A stretch of 64,000 nt of DNA from Gammaproteobacteria bacterium (GTDB taxonomy: Bacteria; Pseudomonadota; Gammaproteobacteria; Eutrophobiales; Eutrophobiaceae): positions 1,555,689 to 1,619,688 of the forward strand of contig CBDEUK010000002.1 of NCBI GenBank assembly GCA_965243205.1, read 5' to 3'. The number at the start of each line of letters is the position of its first letter. The stretch's first letter is position 1. The notes under the pieces were generated by a model. The model saw only the letters and a list, made by a program, of their open reading frames with translations. It did no database searches and had not been told where the DNA came from. The position numbers and the translations under genes were made by a program. This document shows positions 9,254 to 18,017 of the stretch, piece after piece.

Positions 9254-10564
9254 TTGCTTTTAAGCATAGGAAAAAAAGGATATGCAAACATGCAGTTTTC
9301 CAAAATAATAATCATTAAAGTCCTGATTATTTTTATTACCTTCTTCCTTTTTTTCAGTAACGCTGTTGGTTTGTTAGAAATGGGATGGATTACTAAACCA
9401 GATATATTTATTTCATCCAATTTTAGTAATCTCGGTGAACACTCGGTTTTGCAATTAGAAGTTTTCAGCTCACCTGAATTTTTCTGCCTTGTCATCATTG
9501 GAACAATACTAACCTTCGTACTACCAATGCTTAATCCTGTTATGGGATCTCTACTTACTTTTGTATGCATGATTCCACCTTTCATGATGCAAATTTACGC
9601 TGATCGAGGATTGTTTTTCTCAGGCAACATGGATCCGCTTATTCCTTTGGAATATACCTTCCTAATGATTCTAGTTTTATTCGTAGTAAACAATCTGGTT
9701 TCTTTATTCACCGAAATGAGACATAAACGATTAATGCTGGAATCATTCAGTCATTTTGTTCCTCCACAAATTGCTGAGCAGATTGCTAAAGACCCTGCAA
9801 ATGTCAACATGAAAGGACAAGCTAGAGAAATGACGGTTATGTTTACTGATCTCGTCAGTTTTACAGATGCATCGGAGCGTCTTAACTCGGCTCAAGTAAC
9901 CTCTTTACTCAATGCTTATTTCAATGAAATGACGGATGTAATTTATCAATTCCAAGGCACTATTGATAAATACATGGGGGATTCGATTATGGCATTTTGG
10001 AATGCTCCTATTACTCAAACCGATCATGCAAACCGTGCTATTGAAACCTGCTTTGAAATGCATAAACGAATCGAAGAAATCTCGGCTGATTTCAAAAAAA
10101 GAGGGTGGCCAGCTCCAGAAATGAGTATTGGTATTAATACAGGCATGATGAATGTTGGCAATATGGGATCAAAATATCGAATTGCATACACGGTAATTGG
10201 TGATGCAGTAAATACAGCTTCTAGAATTGAAAACTTAACACGGTTTTATAAAGTGCCTACCATTGTTACTAAAACAACAATGGAAAGTGCTTCTGGTTTT
10301 TTATACAGAGAACTTGACCAAGTCGCTGTTAAAGGTAAAAAAAATAAGGTTCAAATCTATGAACCTGTATGCAAAAAAGGCGAAGCAAATGAATCTATTT
10401 TAAAGAAAATTCAAAATCATGAAATAGCTCTCAAATACTACTTTAATGGTAATTGGATTGAAGCTAGACAAAAGTTTGAGAACTTGTTATTCGATTATAG
10501 AGATGACTATTATGAAGTAATGATTAGTATTATTGATCGTGAATATCAAATGTACTTAAGATAA
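9254..10564 (+). CDS. Membrane-anchored class III adenylate/guanylate cyclase (CyaB-like)
   Basis: About 5 N-terminal TM helices, then a cyclase domain (MTVMFTDLVSFTD ... YMGDSIMAFWNAP ... GINTGMMNVGNMG). Confidence 0.7.
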   Translation: MLLSIGKKGYANMQFSKIIIIKVLIIFITFFLFFSNAVGLLEMGWITKPDIFISSNFSNLGEHSVLQLEVFSSPEFFCLVIIGTILTFVLPMLNPVMGSLLTFVCMIPPFMMQIYADRGLFFSGNMDPLIPLEYTFLMILVLFVVNNLVSLFTEMRHKRLMLESFSHFVPPQIAEQIAKDPANVNMKGQAREMTVMFTDLVSFTDASERLNSAQVTSLLNAYFNEMTDVIYQFQGTIDKYMGDSIMAFWNAPITQTDHANRAIETCFEMHKRIEEISADFKKRGWPAPEMSIGINTGMMNVGNMGSKYRIAYTVIGDAVNTASRIENLTRFYKVPTIVTKTTMESASGFLYRELDQVAVKGKKNKVQIYEPVCKKGEANESILKKIQNHEIALKYYFNGNWIEARQKFENLLFDYRDDYYEVMISIIDREYQMYLR

Positions 10565-10567
10565 TAT

Positions 10568-11293
10568 TTAATCTTTCAATTTCGATTCCAACTCACTTAA
10601 GCGATTATGTAAAAAACGTAATTCATGCTCATCTTTAATTTCACCAGACTCTAGGAAACCCCCTATCAATATTTTTGCACTTTCAAGCTGATCCAATTCT
10701 TCCAGTATAAATAATTCCATTTGTGTTGCCCAAGCAGGCGCAGCATCATACGAAGTATTTTCTCTTAGAAGTTTAGCAAAACTCAAAGCCAAATCTAAAT
10801 CTTTAAGTTCGTATTTAGCTACATAAACACAATACGCCATCCATCGCCATCGTTGATTAGGCTTTTTTAAATATTCATCCTTAACAAAATCCAACATGAT
10901 TTTTTTCTTAATAGTGTTATCCACTCTAGAATAAACGCGGCTTGCAGTTAATAAGGGATATTGAGATTTATTGTCTAATGATTGAATCAGGCCCAACCAC
11001 TCTTTGATAATAGAATAGTTGAGTTCCTTAAAACTTAAACTAACACCGGGTTGATTATCAAACGCTTGCAGCCATAGCATAAGTGTTTTTGAAGCAATTA
11101 TGTTATCGGATAAAGCAGGTAATAAATAGTAATATGAATTAGCAGGTTTTGTTAATTGTTCAATTTTTAATTGGGGCTTTATGAAATAAAGATGAAAAAT
11201 AACTTGTAGCGCTAAAAATAATACCAATCCAATAATGTAGTGTTTTGGAACATATTCAACTGGCCTTTCCCTATTAGTAGTTAGTATATACAT
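10568..11293 (-). CDS. Membrane-anchored hypothetical protein
   Basis: 241 aa. One N-terminal TM helix, a helical soluble domain, and a coiled-coil C-terminus. Probably in an operon with 11299..12069. Confidence 0.35.
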   Translation of the reverse strand: MYILTTNRERPVEYVPKHYIIGLVLFLALQVIFHLYFIKPQLKIEQLTKPANSYYYLLPALSDNIIASKTLMLWLQAFDNQPGVSLSFKELNYSIIKEWLGLIQSLDNKSQYPLLTASRVYSRVDNTIKKKIMLDFVKDEYLKKPNQRWRWMAYCVYVAKYELKDLDLALSFAKLLRENTSYDAAPAWATQMELFILEELDQLESAKILIGGFLESGEIKDEHELRFLHNRLSELESKLKD

Positions 11294-11298
11294 TTAAT

Positions 11299-12069
11299 TT
11301 AAAATTCCATTCGATACAGATCAAAAAGTGCTACAAATGAAATAAATGCGACATATATAATGCATTGAAGCATATTTAAGAAAATATCATTAAGATTAAA
11401 ACTACCATAAATTAGCCACGAAGTTTGCGCAAAATCATATAATGATGGAATAACAGTATCAATTATATCTAACGTCCAATTAATAAATTTATAAGAAAGA
11501 GTGTTCGTTTCTATAATTGGGCTATCACTAATTAACTGGATAATTTCCATATTTCTGGAAAGGATATAAAACGACATAATACTTACAAACGAAATAACCG
11601 TTTGCTTAAATGTAAAAAAGAATAACAAACTAAGTGCTATCACGATTAATAACTCACAATAAAACGATAGACACCAATAAATGACTAGTTTCAGAGGAAT
11701 ATATAACGCTAGACAAATTGCAAGAATAACTACTGCAATTAAACCAATCAACGCGTAGCCAACCAGCTTTCCAGTGTAGTACGTATGGCGTTTAATTGCG
11801 TGAGAAAATATATGCAACATTACTTTATCATCAAACTCTCTTGTCAAACTTGTTAATATAAATAAACTCAGCACTACGACTAAAAGAATTCTGGATGAAA
11901 AACTAATCCAAGCGGTGGCAATTTCTTTACTTTCAGTAATTGCGATTTCAGAGATAAATTCTGCTATTCCTAATAACAAAAGCAAGCCTATAATAAGGAA
12001 TAATAAGTTTTTATTTCGAACACTTTCTATGACAGTATATTTAGCAATGGCAAAAGAACTATTTTTCAT
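11299..12069 (-). CDS. Polytopic integral membrane protein (ABC-2-permease-like or unknown)
   Basis: 256 aa with about 6 hydrophobic helices. No catalytic motif recognised. Confidence 0.4.
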   Translation of the reverse strand: MKNSSFAIAKYTVIESVRNKNLLFLIIGLLLLLGIAEFISEIAITESKEIATAWISFSSRILLVVVLSLFILTSLTREFDDKVMLHIFSHAIKRHTYYTGKLVGYALIGLIAVVILAICLALYIPLKLVIYWCLSFYCELLIVIALSLLFFFTFKQTVISFVSIMSFYILSRNMEIIQLISDSPIIETNTLSYKFINWTLDIIDTVIPSLYDFAQTSWLIYGSFNLNDIFLNMLQCIIYVAFISFVALFDLYRMEF

Positions 12070-12109
12070 TATCTAATCCGATTCGCTCAATTTTCTAAAT
12101 TATAACGGT

Positions 12110-13786
12110 ATGAATAATAAGAAAACAAATTCTCGTTTTACATTACAAACCATTAGCCTAGTTCTAATGCTAGAACTATTACATTTAGCCGTTTGGTTTG
12201 ATTTTGGAAGCTTAATTTCAAAATCGCTTTTCTTAGCTCATTTTGGATTTTTCTTAATATGGCAACCAATCTGGCAGCAAAGTAAAAGCTTCACACTTGT
12301 AAATACCTCGGTTTTTATTACTGCTATTTTCTGTTTCGTTTACTGGATTAATTTATGGTTAATCGTCGGATGGGTTATTTTATTGGTTGGCTTTATAGGT
12401 GGCATTTATAAACAACGCCGTACAGAACATTTATTTTATATGTTTGTGTTGATATTTTTAATTTCTGAATTGTTAATTGGCTGTAACACACAAATATTCA
12501 ATATCGTATTAAATATTCAAGAACAAAAAATCTTCAGCTATGGAATGCTCTATATTCCTCTATTACTATTTTTATTTAAACAAGAAACGAAAAAACAACT
12601 TATATCTGTTGACCTATTAAGAGCGATTAGTAGCGCATTACTTATCAGTATATTGACATTAGGAAGCTTATTAGTGATGTACCATACTGGGACTAATTAT
12701 TTTAATGCGTTAATTAGAACAATATTATCTATTGCTGTAAGTCTTATTGTTATCAGTTGGTTATTATCACCAAAACTTGGTTTTAGTGGTTTATCGCAAC
12801 TCTGGTATCAATCATTATTAAATATAGGAACACCTTTCGAAAAGTGGTTGCACGATTTATACATGATCAATCAAAGAATTGATTCACCTGAATTATTTAT
12901 CGAGGAAACGATGGATGAATTAACAACTGTTAATTGGGTTTCCGGTATTGAATGGCAATTACCACATACTAAGAATAAAGCTGGCGAAGAAAGCAAATAT
13001 ACTATCCCTATTAAAATTAATGATCTAAATGTCACTTTTCATACACATATTCTTGCTGGAGGTGCTTTAATTTTACATTCACGGTTATTAATTAGGCTTA
13101 TAGAAAATATGTACACCGCTAAAGTACAAGAACATAAATTAGCACAACAAGCACATCTTAAAAATATACATGAAACTGGCGCGAGAATTACGCATGATAT
13201 AAAAAACCTTCTACAGTCACTAAATATGATGACTGCTATGGCTTCAAAAAATAATCTGGATACTGATAAAAAACAAAAACTTATTAATCAACAATTACCA
13301 AATATTTCTCAACGTTTGCAACTTGCATTGAATAAACTAGAAACACCAGACATTACTGAAGAAATAATTATTAAACCCATTAATAACTGGTTAGAAACTT
13401 TAAACTCTAGAATCGAATCAAATACAGTTACTATTCATTCTGATATTAGAAGCAATCATCCTATCCCTATGAGTATGTTTGATAGTGTCGTCGATAATCT
13501 ACTAGAGAATGCCTATTTTAAGCAGCAATTAGATAATTCGATTAAAATTGAAATAACTGTTATTAGTAATGAAAAAGAAATCTCTATTCGCTTTGCTGAT
13601 AACGGAGATGCAATACCACAATATATAGCTGATAGATTGTTTAATGAAATAATTGCCTCAGAATCAGGCTTAGGTATAGGTTTATACCAAGCCGCTAAAC
13701 AAACAAAGCAAAACGGCTATGATTTTATTCTCTCAAACAATACTAATGGGAAGGTTGAATTTTCACTTATAAGAGAATTAGGGTAA
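12110..13786 (+). CDS. Polytopic sensor histidine kinase (PilS-like)
   Basis: About 6-7 N-terminal TM helices. H-box ITHDIKNLLQSL, N-box DNLLENAYF, G-boxes FADNGDAIP and ESGLGIGLY. Confidence 0.7.
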   Translation: MNNKKTNSRFTLQTISLVLMLELLHLAVWFDFGSLISKSLFLAHFGFFLIWQPIWQQSKSFTLVNTSVFITAIFCFVYWINLWLIVGWVILLVGFIGGIYKQRRTEHLFYMFVLIFLISELLIGCNTQIFNIVLNIQEQKIFSYGMLYIPLLLFLFKQETKKQLISVDLLRAISSALLISILTLGSLLVMYHTGTNYFNALIRTILSIAVSLIVISWLLSPKLGFSGLSQLWYQSLLNIGTPFEKWLHDLYMINQRIDSPELFIEETMDELTTVNWVSGIEWQLPHTKNKAGEESKYTIPIKINDLNVTFHTHILAGGALILHSRLLIRLIENMYTAKVQEHKLAQQAHLKNIHETGARITHDIKNLLQSLNMMTAMASKNNLDTDKKQKLINQQLPNISQRLQLALNKLETPDITEEIIIKPINNWLETLNSRIESNTVTIHSDIRSNHPIPMSMFDSVVDNLLENAYFKQQLDNSIKIEITVISNEKEISIRFADNGDAIPQYIADRLFNEIIASESGLGIGLYQAAKQTKQNGYDFILSNNTNGKVEFSLIRELG

Positions 13787-14707
13787 ACGCCCTGCTTGAA
13801 CAAGTTTGCTTTTTAATACCTGAGGGGAAATCCATATAATTTGATCATCAATACCAAGTTGACTTATACCTCCTGCGACAGCACCACCAGGCGACACAGC
13901 TGGCCCAGGGTTTATATAATTAGATAATATAAATATTCCATCAGAATCGCTATTTTCAGCTTCATTGCATAAAAAAGCTGGTGTTGGTGTATCTATTAAT
14001 CCTGTACCTGGATTTAAGGTTCTAGTGACATTTTCTCCATGCGAAACAACAACAGCAAATACATCTTGTGCCACCGGAACAAATGGCGCTACACAAACGG
14101 TTCCATCTTGTATAGTGATATTTCCTACAGGACACATGTCAATCGTCGCTAAATTCTCGGTTGAATTTAATGGGCAATTAACAGGAACGCTTATAGGATT
14201 AAGATTACCAGGGGTTCCAGTGCCAACAAAATCAGCCACATAATCCATAACAGAATATGTAAACCAACTTTCCCATTCATCAAATTCTCCAACCCCTAAA
14301 GTAACCCAAGGTAAATTGCCCTCAATAGGTAATACTCCTTGATTTCCATTGCCAAGCACAGCTGGGGTAGGATCAGCAGCACATTGTTGTGTACCGGCAG
14401 GACCAGGAATTAAATCTTCAGTACCATCATTTAAATTACCTACAGCAACCAAATTGCAGCTTCCAACTCCTGCATTTCTGCAATCAGGACATGGCAATCG
14501 ACCATTCGTTATAGCAAAACCATAAAGAGCTTCTTCAATTGTTTTCAAGCTTTCTTCTGTTTTAACACGCCGCTCTTGTTTTATTCCTTCTCTTAATGGA
14601 ACTAATAGTCCTGCAAGTAGCAAACCCATAATTACTAGGACAACGGTCATTTCAACTAAAGTAAAACCTGTTACTTTCTTTAATATAGTGTTTGATATTT
14701 TATTCAT
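13778..14707 (-). CDS. Large Cys-rich type IV pilin-like protein (minor pilin)
   Basis: Prepilin leader KKVTG|FTLVEMTVVLVIMGLLLAGLL. 309 aa with more than 10 Cys. The start overlaps the upstream gene by 4 nt. Confidence 0.7.
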   Translation of the reverse strand: MNKISNTILKKVTGFTLVEMTVVLVIMGLLLAGLLVPLREGIKQERRVKTEESLKTIEEALYGFAITNGRLPCPDCRNAGVGSCNLVAVGNLNDGTEDLIPGPAGTQQCAADPTPAVLGNGNQGVLPIEGNLPWVTLGVGEFDEWESWFTYSVMDYVADFVGTGTPGNLNPISVPVNCPLNSTENLATIDMCPVGNITIQDGTVCVAPFVPVAQDVFAVVVSHGENVTRTLNPGTGLIDTPTPAFLCNEAENSDSDGIFILSNYINPGPAVSPGGAVAGGISQLGIDDQIIWISPQVLKSKLVQAGRLP

Positions 14708-16770
14708 GGTTGAGTGGTATTTAGCATTATATTAATTTGATCATTATAGGAATTTGATAAAAGCTGTTTATCAAAATTTAAATTGCCGAGCCCTCCAATA
14801 CTTTCAAAATAATCTGTGAAAGTTGTATTAGGTCTTGCCGTTGGGTTTGGCGCTACTGCTGGTGTTAAATCCTGTCCAGCAATCATAAGTAAAACTCTAT
14901 TATCATTAATTTGATTTAGCCCATTGGAAGTTAAATTCAAGCAATTACCACCTGCACCTGGCACACAAATCGCTGAAGGAGGAAAAGCAGAGTTTATAGA
15001 ACCTGGCAATGGTTCTACAACCAAAACTGGATAAGCAACATAAACCATATGATGCCAATTATTAGCCACAAACCATGTTGGTAATACCGGAGGAGATTCA
15101 CCAACTGATGAATATGATGAATCACCATCAATATCAATTCCTAATGTATCAATATGATGATCAAGATTATTTATATTCATCGTTGTAGTGGGTGGAAATG
15201 GAACTACTCCTTGTACTGTTAATGTAGATTGTCCAAGTTGTACAGGCGGATTAGGGTTAATAGTTCCTACATCAGTAATTTGGATAGTCAGCTGATTTGG
15301 AAAGTTTCCATTGATACTAAGATTACGTCTCAAATGGGCTGCAGCAGTGGGAGGAATATAATTTACGTTTGAACCATCATCTGTGTATGTAATAGAGTAA
15401 GTTCTTACAAAATTATCATAGCATGTACCAGTATTATCGTTTATACAAATCGTTGTTGAACTAATATCAGATGAACAATTGAATGTATTACGTCCAGCAT
15501 TAATAGCGGAATTCCAAACACAATTAATATTATTTACTCCTAAAGCACCTGCAGTCATAGGAGAATTAATAGGAAAACCTGCGGGTGGAGGTATTATATT
15601 CACACCGCAATTTAGTGGGAAGTCATTCGTGCTACAGTAATAAGTCTCAATGCAATTAGAATCCGTTAAACAACTGACATTTGGATCAGCGGGATTAGGC
15701 CCGACAAAACCTGCGGCTGGCAGTCCACTCCAACTAGCATCAAAATTAACTGAAGCAATATTATAAACCGTATTATCTACAAAAACTGGTAACTGACCAA
15801 ATGTAGTGTTTATGACACCTAAAGAATTTACATCAGCTGTTGTAGGATCAAATGGTTTTAACCACGGTAATCCATATACATCATCACAATTAAATGGAGC
15901 AATTAGACAATTTGGATCATCATCAAAAAAATTATTATCGCCATCATCATCAACGCCATTAATATTTTGATCATCCCTATCTGGATCTATTCGATAATAT
16001 CTCAAGGCACTCGTTGCTTCATTTAGTACTCTTTTTTCTACCGCTTTCATTAACTCTTGGCGAGTAATTACTAATATTCGATCATTAAAATTTGTACCAT
16101 CATCACCAGGAAGAAAAGAAATAAAGTTTCTATCATTACCATCTGAATTTACTGAATCTAAATAGGCTGTATAGTCATTTACACCTAGTATTCGGTTTTG
16201 ACCAGGTAATGCAGCACCAGGAGAAAAGATAATCGCAACAATATCTGGGCCATTAATATTGTTATCAACAACAAAAGGCCCATCAATATTTGCAATGGCT
16301 TGATCGTCTGAAATAGTATCGCTGTTATGATTAGGATTAACAGGTAATGCACCAGTATTCCTATAATTGTCGGCTACCACGTACCATAAATGTTCTCCAG
16401 AACCATCTTGTAACTCTTCTATTTCCAAAGTTTTATAGGGTAACCAACCTACTGCACCTCCTGTAGAAAGATTTCCACACCCAAGATTATTAGTTTGTCC
16501 ATCATCATTATTATCTGGACATGGCAAATAACCTGGGCCTCTTAAAGTTGTAGCACCGGTTCTTTCTGGTACTGATACAGCATATGCAATTAATGCCTCT
16601 TTAGCCCTTTGGAGAGCATCGTAGGTTTTTTCTATATTTTCACGGTCACGAACTTTTGCATTAAGCTTTGAGACAAGTAGAAAAGATGAGCCAACAATCA
16701 TTACTAGCACGAAAGCTAATAACGCTGCGCCTCTTTGAGATTGGATTTTATTGTTTAGGCTAAACAACAT
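14704..16770 (-). CDS. PilX-N-like pseudopilin fused to a large Asn/Asp/Pro/Cys-rich extracellular domain (candidate pilus tip adhesin, MshQ/PilY1-like role)
   Basis: The N-terminal motif QSQRGAALLAFVLVMIVGSS has a PilX/MshP-type QRGA leader and no Glu5. An Asp-cluster DPDRDDQNINGVDDDGDNNFFDDDPN looks Ca-binding. 688 aa. Confidence 0.5.
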   Translation of the reverse strand: MLFSLNNKIQSQRGAALLAFVLVMIVGSSFLLVSKLNAKVRDRENIEKTYDALQRAKEALIAYAVSVPERTGATTLRGPGYLPCPDNNDDGQTNNLGCGNLSTGGAVGWLPYKTLEIEELQDGSGEHLWYVVADNYRNTGALPVNPNHNSDTISDDQAIANIDGPFVVDNNINGPDIVAIIFSPGAALPGQNRILGVNDYTAYLDSVNSDGNDRNFISFLPGDDGTNFNDRILVITRQELMKAVEKRVLNEATSALRYYRIDPDRDDQNINGVDDDGDNNFFDDDPNCLIAPFNCDDVYGLPWLKPFDPTTADVNSLGVINTTFGQLPVFVDNTVYNIASVNFDASWSGLPAAGFVGPNPADPNVSCLTDSNCIETYYCSTNDFPLNCGVNIIPPPAGFPINSPMTAGALGVNNINCVWNSAINAGRNTFNCSSDISSTTICINDNTGTCYDNFVRTYSITYTDDGSNVNYIPPTAAAHLRRNLSINGNFPNQLTIQITDVGTINPNPPVQLGQSTLTVQGVVPFPPTTTMNINNLDHHIDTLGIDIDGDSSYSSVGESPPVLPTWFVANNWHHMVYVAYPVLVVEPLPGSINSAFPPSAICVPGAGGNCLNLTSNGLNQINDNRVLLMIAGQDLTPAVAPNPTARPNTTFTDYFESIGGLGNLNFDKQLLSNSYNDQINIMLNTTQP

Positions 16771-16820
16771 TCTTTCTTAACCTTCCTTACTTTTCCAATC
16801 AGAAACTAAGATAGTTATTA

Positions 16821-17357
16821 TTAATTTTGAGCTTCAGAATCTAAAGTTTCTGGAGTATAGGTTTCGCCAACTTTGAGTGTAACATTGGTTTTATTATCGG
16901 GTAGTTTTACCGTAACACTATCATTATGAATCGTACGATTCTTCACAGTAATATTTTCTTCGATCATACCACCTTCATAGGTATTATTATCATTTATCCA
17001 AACGGTATTATTCCCTTTTTTACGTGAAACAATTCCCTTTAAGCTAATAGGTTCTTTAAGCACTTCAACCTCTTCTACTTCTTCCTCTTCCCAAAAGAGG
17101 CCTTCTTCTTCAAAGCCTTGAGTAACTTCTTGTCCTTCAGCAGTAATAGCTTGTTCATCTTTTACTTTAGAAGGATCTTTAATCTGAACGTCTTCGTATT
17201 GAGTAACGTGATGCTGAGATCTCATAGGTTTTGATATTCGTAAATCCTCCAACATGGAACGTTGTGCCGGTGAAGTAAACAAACGACCTAGCTGATCAAC
17301 ACTATGTACTGATGTTGAAACTAACATTAAAACCAGAAATGAATAAAATACTTTCAT
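16821..17357 (-). CDS. Small secreted acidic protein (MshK/PilP-like position)
   Basis: Signal peptide MKVFYSFLVLMLVSTSVHS and a Glu-rich linker EEEEVEEVEV. The assignment rests on position only. Confidence 0.35.
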   Translation of the reverse strand: MKVFYSFLVLMLVSTSVHSVDQLGRLFTSPAQRSMLEDLRISKPMRSQHHVTQYEDVQIKDPSKVKDEQAITAEGQEVTQGFEEEGLFWEEEEVEEVEVLKEPISLKGIVSRKKGNNTVWINDNNTYEGGMIEENITVKNRTIHNDSVTVKLPDNKTNVTLKVGETYTPETLDSEAQN

Positions 17358-17369
17358 AATATCAAACCA

Positions 17370-18017
17370 TTAAATCGATAACTCTGTACCATCACTTTTT
17401 TTAATATTAAACCATTCCAGTTCACACTTGGCATCTACATTACTAGTGGTAGTACTACGTTTAATCACATCATTTTTTCGAACCAGTTCACAGCTACGTA
17501 TCGAATAAATTCCATTAGCATTCTCATTTAATTTTTGCATTAGATTGACTAAATCACCTTCATGTAAAAGCTGTAAATTAAGATCCATGCTACTGACATA
17601 AACTTTAAAACTACCTTGTGTAACAGGAAAACGATTATCGTATTCTGTTTGGGAGTTAATTTGGTAGCCTACTGAAGGGATCTGAATTTCTTGCCCTAAA
17701 TTCCTTAATGTTTCTATCCAATTTAGGCGATGTTCACGACCAATAATGCCTATTTCATATAATGCAGCATAACTTGGATAAAAGTCCCGAATATTTTTTT
17801 CCTCTTGATCCACGGCTAAGTAACGTTGGCTAATATTTTGAAATTGCGTTTTATGTTTACTGTATTCTGCAAACATTTCACCACGAAAATAGTAGCTAAA
17901 CCAGATCATCAAAGCTGCGATTGCGATGCTAACCAATAAAACAATTAAAGCGCCACGTATCATTGAAAATTCAATGTTACTATTTGTACTCTCACTCATT
18001 GGGCACCCCCAAAGCAA
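17370..18017 (-). CDS. PilO/MshJ-like inner-membrane pilus assembly protein
   Basis: Single N-terminal TM helix (IVLLVSIAIAALMIWF) followed by a periplasmic domain. Lies between the PilM/N-fusion gene and the secreted protein. The real start is likely the internal MSEST. Confidence 0.45.
   Translation of the reverse strand: MLWGCPMSESTNSNIEFSMIRGALIVLLVSIAIAALMIWFSYYFRGEMFAEYSKHKTQFQNISQRYLAVDQEEKNIRDFYPSYAALYEIGIIGREHRLNWIETLRNLGQEIQIPSVGYQINSQTEYDNRFPVTQGSFKVYVSSMDLNLQLLHEGDLVNLMQKLNENANGIYSIRSCELVRKNDVIKRSTTTSNVDAKCELEWFNIKKSDGTELSI

Noticed and set aside
9211-9585. A 124-aa minus-strand ORF overlapping the cyclase N-terminus
   Set aside because: It is antisense to the strongly hydrophobic N-terminal TM region of the cyclase. 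The translation is Lys/Ile-rich low-complexity sequence.
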